DNA of 64,000 nt from an uncultured Actinomycetes bacterium (GTDB lineage Bacteria > Actinomycetota > Thermoleophilia > Gaiellales > Gaiellaceae). How positions within the stretch are numbered: the stretch's first letter is position 1; every line of letters starts with the position of its first letter. The stretch spans positions 61 through 64,060 of the forward strand of contig CAVXHB010000018.1 of the NCBI GenBank assembly GCA_963761365.1, in the 5' to 3' direction. This document shows, one piece after another, positions 39,592 to 50,196 of the stretch. The translations under genes and the position numbers were made by a program. A model generated the notes under the pieces. It had not been told where the DNA came from. It saw nothing but the letters and a program-made list of their open reading frames with translations, and did not search any database.

Positions 39592-41653
39592 ATGGCGCGC
39601 GCAGTCGGCGAGCATCTTCTCGCGCGAGCTCGTCGCTCGCGCGCGGTCCGGGACTCGTTCCCGAAGCTCGACCCGCGGCTGCAGCTGAAGAACCCGGTGA
39701 TGTTCATCGTCGAGCTCGGCAGCGTGATCACGACGGGCATCTTCGTGCTCGATCTCGCGCGCGGGCACACCGGCTCGCTCTGGTTCGTCGGCGTGATCGC
39801 GATCTGGCTCTGGCTGACCGTGCTGTTCGCGAACTTCGCCGAGGCGATCGCCGAGGGCCGCGGCAAGGCGCAGGCGAACGCGCTGCGCGCGACGCGCACG
39901 ACGACGATCGCGACGCTGCCGCGACGGCGCGTCGAGACGTGCCCGCGGCCGAGCTGCAGCGCGGCGACGTCGTCGTCGTCGACGCCGGCGAGATCATCCC
40001 GGCCGACGGCGAGATCATCGAGGGCGTCGGCTCGGTCGACGAGTCGGCGATCACCGGCGAGTCGGCGCCGGTGATCCGCGAGGCCGGCGGCGACCGCTCG
40101 GCCGTCACCGGCGGCACGAGGCTGCTCTCCGACCGGCTCGTGATCGAGGTGACGCAGGAGCCGGGCAAGTCGTTCCTCGACCGGATGATCGCGCTCGTCG
40201 AGGGCGCCGAGCGCCGCAAGACGCCCGAACGAGATCGCGCTCAACATCCTGCTCGCCGGGCTGACGATCACGTTCGTCGCCGCCGTCGTCACGCTGCGGC
40301 CGTATCGCGATCTACGCCGGCACGCACCTCTCGCAGACCGTGCTGATCGCGCTGCTCGTCGCGCTGATCCCGACCACGATCGGCGCGCTGCTCTCGGCGA
40401 TCGGGATCGCCGGCATGGACCGGCTCGTGCAGCGCAACGTGCTCGCGATGTCGGGCCGCGCGGTCGAGGCCTCCGGCGACGTCGACGTGCTGCTGCTCGA
40501 CAAGACCGGCACGATCACGCTCGGCAACCGCCAGGCGTCGGAGTTCGTCCCGGTCGACGGCGTCGACGCCCGCCGAGCTGGCCGAGGTCGCGCAGCTCGC
40601 CTCGCTCGCCGACGAGACGCCCGAGGGCCGCTCGATCGTCGTGCTCGCGAAGGAGCAGTACGGCCTGCGCGGGCGCGAGCTCTCCGAGCACGAGGCGACG
40701 TTCATCCCGTTCTCGGCGACGACGCGGATGAGCGGCGTCGACTTCGACGGCAAGCAGTTCCGCAAGGGCGCCGCCGACGCGGTCAAGCGCTTGGTCGAGG
40801 AGCAGGGCGGCCGATCCCGGCGCGGCTCGACGAGGAGGTCGACAAGATCGCCCGCGCCGGCGGCACGCCGCTCGTCGTCGCGCAGGACAACTTCGTGCTC
40901 GGCGTCATCCACCTGAAGGACATCGTCAAGGGCGGCATGCGCGAGCGCTTCGACGAGCTGCGCAGGATGGGCATCCGCACGGTGATGATCACCGGCGACA
41001 ACCGCGTCACCGCCGCCGTGATCGCCGCAGGAGGCAGGCGTCGACGACTTCCTCGCCGAGGCGACGCCGGAGGCGAAGATGGCGCTGATCAAGGAGGAGC
41101 AGGCGAAGGGCCGCATGGTCGCGATGACCGGCGACGGCACGAACGACGCGCCCGCGCTCGCGCAGGCCGACGTCGGCGTCGCGATGAACACCGGCACGTC
41201 CGCCGCGAAGGAGGCCGGCAACATGGTCGACCTCGACTCGAACCCGACGAAGCTGATCGAGATCGTCGAGGTCGGCAAGCAGCTGCTGATCACGCGCGGC
41301 GCGCTGACGACGTTCTCGATCGCGAACGACGTCGCCAAGTACTTCGCGATCCTGCCGGCGATGTTCGCGTTCACCTACGCGGCGCACCCGGGCCAGCGCG
41401 GGCCCGCTGAACTCGCTGAACGTCATGCACCTCGGCGACCCGAAGAGCGCGATCATCTCGGCGATCATCTTCAACGCGCTGATCATCCCGGCGCTCGTCC
41501 CGCTCGCGCTCAAGGGCGTCAAGTACCGCGCGATCGGCGCGACGGCGCTGCTGCGGCGCAACCTGCTGATCTACGGGCTCGGCGGCATGATCCTGCCGTT
41601 CGTCGGCGATCAAGCTGATCGACCTGGTCGTGCACAACGTGCTCGGAGCGTGA
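39592..41653 (+). CDS. kdpB: K+-transporting P-type ATPase subunit B (frame-disrupted)
   Basis: [110 protein letters not shown]. Confidence 0.9.
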
Positions 41654-42740
41654 ATGCGGGGCAGCTACCGGATCCTGCTCGGCATGGCCGCGGGAGTCGG
41701 CAAGACCTACCGCATGCTCCAGGAGGGCCGGCAGGCCCAGCGACGAGGGCCGCGACGTCGTGATCGGCTACCTCGAGCCGCACGACCGGCCCGAGACGGC
41801 GGCGCTCGCCGACGGGCTCGAGGAGGTGCCGCACCTGCGGAGCGCGCACGGCGGGCTCGAGCTGACGGAGATGGACGTCGACGCGGTCATCCGCCGCGCG
41901 CCCGAGCTCGCGCTCGTCGACGAGCTCGCGCACACGAACGGCCCGAGGCGCCGCAACCGGAAGCGCTACGAGGACATCGACGAGATCCTCGCCGCCGGCA
42001 TCGACGTCATCTCGACGGTCAACGTCCAGCACCTCGAGAGCCTCAACGACTCGGTCTTCGAGCTGACCGGCGTCCGCGTGCGCGAGACGTTCCCCGACCG
42101 GATCCTCGACGAGGCCGACGAGGTCGTGCTCGTCGACCTGACGCCCGAGGCGCTCCGGGAGCGGCTCGAGGCCGGCAAGGTCTACGCGCCGACCGGGCCG
42201 AGGTCGCGCTGCAGAACTTCTTCCGGCTCGACAACCTGGCGGCGCTGCGCGAGCTCGTGCTGCGCGAGCTCGCCGAGGACGTCGAGGCGCGGCGCAACCG
42301 GCCGTGCTCGACCCGCTCAGCCAGCAGGCGGTCGCCGAGCGGATCCTCGCGCTCGTCACGCCGGAGCCGCGCTCGCAGCGGATCCTGCGCCGCGCGTTGC
42401 GCTCGGCCCAGCGGCTCGGCTCCGAGATCGACGCGCTCTGGGTGCGCAGCCGGGCGCGAGCTCGAGCGAGGAGGAGGCCGTCTCGCTCGCGGCGCTGCGC
42501 CGGCTCGCGAGCATCCTCGGCGCGCACTTCATCGAGGTCGAGGGCGACGACCTCGTCGCGACCGTCAAGCGGTTCGTCGGCGAGCGCGGCTCGACCTACG
42601 TCTTCGTCGGCACGCCCGACGAGTCGCGCCGCACGGAGATCCTCCGCGGCTCGCTCGTCTCGGCGCTCGTGCGCGAGCTGCCGGGAGTCGACATCCGCGT
42701 CGTCGCCGACCGCGCGCTGCGCGAGGAGGAGCCGCGGTGA
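41654..42740 (+). CDS. kdpD: KdpD N-terminal sensor domain + Usp domain protein without kinase module (frame-disrupted)
   Basis: [62 protein letters not shown], then Usp-like [16 protein letters not shown]...YVFVGTPDE. Stop at 42740, with no HisKA/HATPase. Confidence 0.8.
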
Positions 42741-43268
42741 CGACCGCGCCGTCGTCCGCCGCTGGTCGTCGCCGCTCGCGGTCGGCTGCTCGTCAGCGCT
42801 GCGCTCGGCTCGCGGCGGCCCGCAGCGCTCGGCGCGCCACGCGCGTCGGGCGCATCCTCGTCCCGTTCACCGGCGGCGCGCTCGACCCGACGGTGCTCGC
42901 CGCCGCGATCCGGATCGCGCGCGCCGAGGACGCGACGCTCGTGCCCGCCTACCTGATCGTCGTCCCGCTCGAGCTAGCGCCGAGGACGCGCCGATGCAGA
43001 GCAGGTCGCGGTCGCGATGCCGCTGCTCGAGGCGGTCGAGCACGCCGCGCTGCGCGCCGGCGTGCCGGTCGACGCGCGCATCGAGAGCGGCCGCACGCCG
43101 ATCCACGCGCTCCAGCGGCTCTGGGACGTCGAGCACTTCGACCGGATCGTCGTCCCGGCGCCCGTCCGGCCGCACGGCCCGGGCTTCACGCCGAAGGACC
43201 TGACCTGGATGCTGACGCACGCGCCGAGCGAGACGCTGATCCTGCGGCCCGATCCGATCGCGGCCTGA
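42737..43268 (+). CDS. universal-stress-protein-like domain protein (frame-disrupted, N-terminus unclear)
   Basis: RILVPFTGGALDPTVLAAAIRIARAEDATLVPAYLIVVP...DARIESGRTPIHALQRLWDVEHFDRIVVPA. Confidence 0.5.
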
Positions 43269-43535
43269 TTTTCCGACCCTCCGGTCGGTCCTCGCCCGAG
43301 AGCCGCTACCTTTACGGGGAATCCGGGGAGACCCGACGATTCTTAGCCAGTTCACAGACAGTTGTGGTCAGCTGATCAGACTCTTTTCAACGGTCAGCTG
43401 AGCGGTGACTGCGGCGCGATCGAGCGAGCAGGAGGCTTCCAGTGGCAGATGAGCACGCTGCCCCAGCCAACCAGGCCCGCCAGTGGGGGCACAACCGGCA
43501 AGAACTGCCAACGATGCCTGCGGAGGATCAGCGCC

Positions 43536-44536
43536 GTGGCCGACAAGGAGCTGCTGAAGAAGCTCGAGGAGGCGCTGTTCGAGATCCGGCGCATCATCGC
43601 CGGCCAGGAAGCGATGCTGGAGCGGGTGCTCGTCTGCCTGCTCGCAGGCGGGCATCTCCTGATCGAGGGCGTGCCGGGGCTGGCGAAGACGCTGACGATC
43701 AAGACGACGGCGTCGGTGCTCGGCGGCACGTTCAAGCGCGTCCAGTTCACGCCGGACCTCGTCCCGAGCGACCTCGTCGGCACGCGCGTCTTCCGCCCGG
43801 ACCACGCCGACTTCGACACCGAGCTCGGGCCCGGTCTTCTGCAACTTCCTGCTCGCCGACGAGATCAACCGCGCGCCGGCCAAGGTCCAGTCGGCGCTGC
43901 TCGAGGTGATGCAGGAGCGTCAGGTGACGATCGGCCACAACACCTACCCGGTGCCCAATCCGTTCCTCGTGCTCGCGACGCAGAACCCGATCGAGTCGGA
44001 GGGCACGTATCCGCTGCCCGAGGCGCAGGTCGACCGCTTCATGCTCAAGGTGCTCGTCGACTACCCGGCCCACGACCAGGAGCTGACGGTCGTCCTGCGC
44101 TCGCTCGAGCCGCCGCCCGAGCTGCTGAACAGCGTGCTCTCGCTCGAGGAGCTGCGGCGCTCCAGGCCAAGGTCGCGCAGGTCTACGTCGATCCCGCACT
44201 CGTGAGCTGGGTCGTCGACATCGCCACCGCGACGCGCAAGCCGATCGAGCACGGGCTCGAGTCGATCGCCCCGTACATCTCGTACGGCGCGAGCCCGCGC
44301 GGGCCGATCAGCGTGATCGCCGCGGCCCGCGCGCTGGCCCTGCTCCGTGGTCGCGACTACGTGTCCTCGCGAGCGACGTCGAGGCGCTCGTGCGCGACGC
44401 GTTCCGCCACCGGCTCGTCCTCTCGTACCAGGCGCTCGCCGAGGAGGTCTCCTCCGACCGCGTGCTCGACGAGGTGCTCGCGGCGATCGCGCCGCCACAG
44501 ATCGACCTCGGTCGCACCGCGCCCGCGGCGGCGTGA
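43536..44536 (+). CDS. MoxR-family AAA+ ATPase (frame-disrupted; start tentative)
   Basis: [14 protein letters not shown] (Walker A), [24 protein letters not shown] (Walker B / sensor), [31 protein letters not shown]. Confidence 0.85.
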
Positions 44537-45453
44537 AAGGGCTCACCGCCGCCGTCGGCCGTGAGCGGACGGCCGCGCGTCCCGGCCCCGGGCTGGTCAC
44601 CGCCGAGAGCCTCGAGGCGCTCGAGCTCTCGATCGGCCGGCGCGTCGACGGCCTGCTCGCGGGCGACTACCGCTCGGCGTTCTCGGGGGTCGGCAGCGAG
44701 CTCCACCAGGTGCGGCCCGTACGAGGCCGGGCGACGACGTGCGCCGGATCGACTGGAACGTCACCGCCCGCACCGGCGCACCCACGTCCGGGTCGAGCTC
44801 GCCGAGCGCGTGCTCGTCACGTGGCTCGTCTTCGACTCGTCGGCGTCGATGGCGTTCGGGACCGCCGACCGGCGCAAGGCCGACGTCGCCGAGGGGGTCG
44901 CGCTCGCGGTCGGGCACGCGGCGACCCGCCGCGGCAACCGGCTCGGGCTGATCGCGTTCGGGCCGGACGACCCGCGCTGGCGCACGGCCTCGGCAGGGCC
45001 GCCGCGGCCTCCTGCTGACGCTCTCGGCCCTGCGAGACGAGCCGGCCGGCACCGGCTCGCTCGGCGAGGCGCTGGCGCTGCTCGACGGGCTCGCCGTGCA
45101 GCGGTCGCTCGTCGTGATCGTCTCCGACTTCCGCGGCCCGCTCGACTGGCGCGGGCCGCTGCTGCGGATCGCCGGGCGCCACCCGACGCGTCGCGATCGA
45201 GATCCGCGACCCGCGCGAGCAGGAGCTCGCCGATGTCGGCGAGCTGCGCCTCGTCGACCCCGAGACCGGACGCCAGCTCCGCGTCGACACGAGCGACCGC
45301 CGGCTGCGCGAGCGCTTCGCGGCCGCCGCGACCGAGGAGCGGCAAGGGCTCGTCCGCCTGCTCACGTCGGCCGGCGTGCGGCACGTCGCGCTCTCGACCG
45401 AGGGCGACTGGCTCCGGCCGCTCGCCGCGTTCCTGCGCAGGAGCGACCGGTGA
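44533..45453 (+). CDS. DUF58 domain protein (MoxR partner), frame-disrupted
   Basis: GTGA overlap with moxR. AGDYRSAFSGVGSELHQVRPY, DVRRIDWNVTAR, LVFDSSASM, VVIVSDF. Confidence 0.8.
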
Positions 45454-46420
45454 GCTTCGCCTCCCCGCAGCTCCTGCTCGGCCTGCTCGCGGTCCCGCTC
45501 GCGGTCAGCGGGCTACCTGCTGCTCGAGCGCCGCCGCGCGCGTGCGCGCGGCCGCCTGGACGTCGCCGGCGCTGCTCCCGAACATGGTCAAGGGGTCGCC
45601 CGGCCGCCGCGGCCACATTCCGGCGATCCTGTTCCTGCTCGGCCTGACGCTCCTGCTCGTCGGCTTCGCCCGGCCGCAGGCCCGTTTGAGCGAGGTGCGG
45701 GAGGGCGCGACGGTCGTGCTCGCGCTCGACGTCTCCGGCTCGATGGGAGCGAAGGACGTCGCGCCCACCCGGCTCCTCGCGGCCGGTGCGGCCGCGATCC
45801 AGTTCGCGAACGATCTCCCGACCCAGTACCGGATCGCCGTCGTCACGTTCTCCGACCACATTGCGGTCCGGCTGCCGCCGACCTACCTGCACGACGAGGT
45901 CGCCCAGGCCGTGCCGACGAAGGCGCAGGCGCAGGCATCGGCGCTCGGGGACGGCATCGACGCGGCGATCAAGGTGGCGAGAAGGCGGTCGGCCCGAACA
46001 AGCCGGGCGTGCCGCATCCTCCGGTCGCGATCCTCGTGTTCTCCGACGGCAACCAGAACGCGGGCAAGCTGCCGGCGCAGGCGGCCGCTGAGGCGCGCAA
46101 GGCCGGCATCCCGGTCTCGACCGTCGCTCTCGGCACGGGGGCTCCGGCGGCGTAGTGATCACGCCGGCGGCGGCAACACAGCAGGAGGCCGTCCCGGTCG
46201 CGCCGCCAGCAGCTCCAGGCGGTCGGCCAGGGGCACCGGCGGCCGGTTCTTCGCGGCCCGCTCGGCGGCCGAGCTCAAGCAGGTCTACAAGGATCTCGGC
46301 TAGCGGCTCGTCCACCAGAAGAAATAGCGCGAGATCACCTTCGCGGTGACCGGGGGCGCGCTGGTGCTCATTGCCGTCGGGGCGCTGCTCTCGGGCGTCT
46401 GGTTCCGGAGGCTCGTCTGA
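45450..46420 (+). CDS. membrane-anchored VWA domain protein (BatA-like), frame-disrupted, two in-frame TAG
   Basis: GTGA overlap with the DUF58 gene. N-terminal TM helices. MIDAS VVLALDVSGSM. IAVVTFSD, ILVFSDGNQNAG. C-terminal anchor REITFAVTGGALVLIAVGALLSGVWFRRLV, readable only through TAG 46301 and TAG 46325. Confidence 0.75.
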
Positions 46421-46526
46421 GGCGCCTTTCTTGCGGTCGTCGTTTGGCGTCGTCGCCGGAGCGATCGCGGCACTGGGGTCGGGACGCGGCGATCGGAAAT
46501 GAATGTAACGGCGTCCGCACATTGCA

Positions 46527-46942
46527 TTAGTGTGCCCGGCCCGTGGGTCTCGGTGCAGGGCAACCGGAGAGGCGAAGTTCCTGCTGGACTGCCCAATCGC
46601 CAGGGTGTTGATCGCCGGCCTCGATGCGAAGGCAAGTTCGCGCGATGTCCATGTCACATTCGACGGGCTGCTCGGAAGCCCCGTTCGCGCCCGGACGGAC
46701 GACATCGGCGGTTGCGTCTTCTTTCGGAGCTGTTTCAGGACATCACCAAGCTCGGGCTTTTCAGGCCGCTGATCGGTTGCGTAGGGCCGAGCACCGGCGG
46801 CCCCCACAGACGACTGCGTATGTCGGTCACCCCGGCGGGCGCTGCCCTCGACCTCGCCACTGCGAGCTCCCTGCTCGCGCCCGGGCGGCGGATCGCAAAG
46901 CGACGCTCGGCTGCGCGAATCACGAAAGCCTGGTCTACTCAT
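46527..46942 (-). pseudogene. possible degraded XRE-type HTH gene on the opposite strand inside the Bat-like operon
   Basis: ATG 46942. Fragments ELGDVLKQLRKK, ARTGL.S, LRIEAGD and INTLAIG are spread over two frames and resemble an HTH_XRE motif. Weak call. Confidence 0.25.
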
Positions 46943-47126
46943 GGAGTGCGACTGCTTTCGCAACTGATCAGCCGCCGGTCTCCCGAGCTCGCTCTTGCCG
47001 TGACGGTGAAGCGGGTTGTGCGCAACGGGCCAGGTCGCAGTCCAGCGCGTCGGCAAGCGAGGCGCTGCCGAAGGGCGGCGAAGGCACTCGTGCAGATCGG
47101 CGTGGCGTTGCTCCCCGATAAGTTTT

Positions 47127-48109
47127 GTGAGCCCGTACTACCTGTTTGCTCTGCTCGTCATACCCGCTGCGATCGCCTACGCGATTTTCCTCGTTGAGCT
47201 CCCGGCGCCGAGCGCGGTATCCGGTGACATTCGCCGATCTCCGAGCTCCTTGAAGGAGCTGTCCTGGACGGCGGCGTCCTGGCGGCAGTGGTTGCCACTT
47301 GTTCATGCTCGTGCTTGCGCTTGCGTGTGCGGCGACGGCGGTCGCGCGTCCGAAGGCACGGTTGACGGTCCCGGAGGACAACGGCACGGTCATCTTCCTC
47401 GTCGACGTGTCCGGCTCCATGCACGCAGACGACATCCACCCTACCCGGCTCGTCGCCGCGGTCAACGCCATGCAGACCTTCGTCGCCCGCCTGCCGCCAA
47501 ACGTCAAGGTCGGGCTCGTCACCTTCAGCTCCGAGCCCGGGTGCTGTCGCCACCGACGCGCGATCGCCCGGTCATCCGCGAGGCGCTCGACTACCTCGTC
47601 CCCGAGGCGGGACGGCACTCGGCGAGGGGCTCCCCCACCGCGGTGGGACTCGCGGTCGGCTCTCTCGCCGAGGATGGTGTGCCTCACCAGCCAGGGCGGG
47701 CGGACCGCCCGCCGCGATCGTGCTCGAGTCCGACGGCGCCCAGAACCGCGGCATCCTTCAGCCTCTGCAGGCCGCACGCCAGGCGCGTGCTGCGGGCATC
47801 CACGTCTACGGCGTCGCACTCGGCACGCCGAACGGCGTCGTCTCCTTCGGCTTCGGTCTCTACGTCAACTCAATCCCGGTGCCGCCCGATCCGGCAACCG
47901 TTCGCCTCGTATCGAGCGTCACCGGCGGCGAGGCGGCTCGCGGCGGGCGCCTACGACGCCAAGCTGATCGACATCTACAAGTCGCTCGGCTCGAGCATCG
48001 GGCACAAGGCCGAGTTCCGCGAGGTCTCCTCATGGCTCGCGGCGGCGCGGCCGTCTTGCTGCTCGGCGCCGTGGGCGCGGGCATGATCGTCGGCGGCCGC
48101 GTGCCGTAG
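47127..48109 (+). CDS. second membrane-anchored VWA domain protein (BatB-like), frame-disrupted
   Basis: VSPYYLFALLVIPAAIAYAIFLV, MIDAS VIFLVDVSGSMHADD, VGLVTFSSEP, IVLESDGAQN, GIHVYGVALGT, C-terminal anchor AAVLLLGAVGAGMIVGG. Confidence 0.75.
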
Positions 48110-48796
48110 TTACGTAAAGATGTTGACGGCGCGGGCGGTGACGAGCAACACGGTGAGCGCGGAGATGCTGGACTCGGCGAGCATGAGCAACTTGGCCCAC
48201 CGGCTGAGCGGCATCGCGTCGGTCGGGCTGAACGCAATCGCGTTGGTGAACGAGACGTAGATGTAGTCGACGATGTGCGGGTGCCAGCCGGGCGCCGCGA
48301 GCTGGGGGTTTTCCATCTGCGGAAACTGGAAGTCGGGTGGGGGAGGATCGGGTTGCAGCCTGCGGACCGGCCCACCGCGATCGAAGCCCCAATACCAGAG
48401 GCCGAACGCGATCACGTTCGTGCCCCAGATCGTCGTCGCCTTCAGCAGGAGCTGTCCGCCACTGCGCTCGTGACCGCCGACCAGCGAGCCGAGCAGCGCG
48501 ACCAGGAGCAGGGCGTTCGTGAGGCTGACAGTGCCCAGGAGGGTGAGTGCCACTTTGCGCCGGTGCCCGAGCAGCTCGAGCCGGCGGCGCGACTGATGCC
48601 AGTTGAGCGAAACGAGCAGAACGGTCTCGGGGCCGACTGAAATCAGCCAGACCCACCAGGGCAGGCCCCAGAGCTTCCAGTCCCGTACCTCACTGGCGCC
48701 CGCGAGCACGAGCTGGAACGCGATCACTAATGCAACTGCTGGGGCGGCCTCCCAACGTGACTCGACTTGCTCTTCACGTACCGGGTCGCTACCCAT
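48110..48796 (-). CDS. DUF1345 family membrane protein
   Basis: Intact 228 aa: GTNVIAFGLWYWGFDRGGP, YIYVSFTNAIAFSPTDAMPLSRWAKLLMLAESSISALTVLLVTARAVN. Confidence 0.7.
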   Translation of the reverse strand: MGSDPVREEQVESRWEAAPAVALVIAFQLVLAGASEVRDWKLWGLPWWVWLISVGPETVLLVSLNWHQSRRRLELLGHRRKVALTLLGTVSLTNALLLVALLGSLVGGHERSGGQLLLKATTIWGTNVIAFGLWYWGFDRGGPVRRLQPDPPPPDFQFPQMENPQLAAPGWHPHIVDYIYVSFTNAIAFSPTDAMPLSRWAKLLMLAESSISALTVLLVTARAVNIFT

Positions 48797-48800
48797 ACCG

Positions 48801-49065
48801 CTAGCCGCCGCTGATCGCGGCGACCACCTCGACGCGCGAGCGCTCCTCGAGCGGCGTGTCGAGCTCCGCCCGCTCCCGGTCGACGTACACGTGGATGTGC
48901 ACGCGGAGCGCCGGCCCCGGCTCGCAGAGGCGGTCGCGCACCCCGGGCCAGCGCTCGTCCAGCTCGTCGATCGCCTCGCCGACCGTCGCGCGCGTCGACC
49001 TCGACCCGCCGCGGCAGGTCGCCGAAGAGCGGCGTCAGCGTTCGTGGGAGGTGCAGCTCGGCCAC
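48801..49065 (-). CDS. MoaD/ThiS-family ubiquitin-like protein with C-terminal Gly-Gly (frame-disrupted)
   Basis: VAELHLPRTLTPLFGDLPRRVEVDA, GEAIDELDERWPGVRDRL, VHIHVYVDRERAELDTPLEERSRVEVVAAISGG followed by the stop. Confidence 0.6.
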
Positions 49066-49066
49066 G

Positions 49067-50144
49067 TCAGTCCACGGTCGCGACCTCGACCGACCAGATC
49101 GGCGGCAGGTAGTCTCGCGATCTCGCTCCAGCTCTCGCCGTCGTCGGTGCTCGCGAAGAGCTGGCCGGTGCTCGTGCCGAAGTAGAGGCCGGGCTCGTCG
49201 TCGTCGTCGATCGCCATCGCGGCGCGCAGCACGCCGAGGTGGGCGTCTCGCTGCGGCAGCCCGCGGTCGAGCTCGCTGCCAGGTCGCGCCGGCGTCGCGC
49301 GTGCGCCAGACCGCGGCTCGCCCGTCGGGCATGCAGCGGGCGTGGCCCGGGTCGAGCGGGATGACGTAGAAGGTGTCGTTGTCGTGCGGATGCGTCGCGG
49401 CGGCGAAGCCGAACTCGCTCGGCAGGCCCTCGGTGATCTCGGTCCACGAGTGGCCGCCGTCGTCGCTGCGGTGCACGCCGACGTGGTTCTGCTGGTACAT
49501 GCGGTTCGGGTCGGCGGGCGAGCGGACGAGCCGGTGGACGCAGAAGCCGACCTCCTCGTGCGGCCGCGGCCAGTCGGCGCGCAGGCCCCTGTTGCGCGGC
49601 GTCCAGCTCGCCGCCGTCGTCGGTCTCGAAGACGCCGACGCCCTGGACGATCGCCCAGAAGTGCGACGCATCGTCTGCGTCGGGCATGATGGCCGAGATG
49701 CCGAGGTGGCCGGGCGGCTGGTTCGACGGGTCGTCCCACTCCTCGCTGCCGGGCTGGCCCGCGAGCGTCGTCAGCAGCGAGAAGGTCTCGCCGCCGTCGC
49801 GGCTCTCGAAGATGCCCGGCGCCTCGGCGCCGACGAGCAGCGCCCGTGCGATCGCGGCGAGCGTCGCGACCTTCGACACCTTGCGCTCGCCGGCCTCGTC
49901 GTAGGCGAGGCCCTCGCTCGAGAGCGCCCAGGTCTCGCCGAGGTCGCCGCTGCGCCAGACGGCCGAGCCGTGCCACTCGCTCGCGGCGGCGGCGTAGATC
50001 GCGCCGGAGTCGCGTCGTGAATGGCGTGGTAGACGGGCCAGCTCTCGCAGAACGGCCCGCGCAGCTCCAGTCGCGCCGGTCGGCGTCGCTCTCGAGCAGG
50101 AAGAGCCCCTTTCGCGTTCCGATCAGCAGCAGTGTCCGCGCCAT
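49067..50144 (-). CDS. BNR/Asp-box (sialidase-like) beta-propeller protein, frame-disrupted
   Basis: GGAGGTGAGGGGAG RBS. MARTLLLIGTRKGLFLLESD. Repeated S.DGG.TW-type boxes (SGDLGETW, SRDGGETF, TDDGGE, SDDGGHSW, TRDAGATW, TDDGESW). Confidence 0.7.
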
Positions 50145-50196
50145 CTCCCCTCACCTCCGGGTCGATTGCCATTAAGACGGATCCGCGGCCTGAAAG

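Noticed and set aside
38533-46327. TAG reassignment / pyrrolysine-type recoding as an explanation of the in-frame TAGs
   Set aside because: TAG clearly terminates pspA (7545), kdpF (37288), serS (13471) and the MoaD-like gene. The residues expected at the three sites differ (Tyr in KdpA, probably Ser and Lys/Glu in the VWA protein). No pyl genes are seen. Base errors or true nonsense codons are more likely.
45362-47056. 564-aa minus-strand ORF
   Set aside because: Most of it is antisense to the first VWA gene. Only its first ~140 codons (46527-46942) carry the weak HTH-like signal reported separately.
48107-48112. Convergent VWA and DUF1345 genes abut with zero spacer (TAG immediately followed by the complement of TAA), with no terminator
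   Set aside because: This is real in the sequence but common in compact GC-rich genomes. I do not consider it informative on its own.
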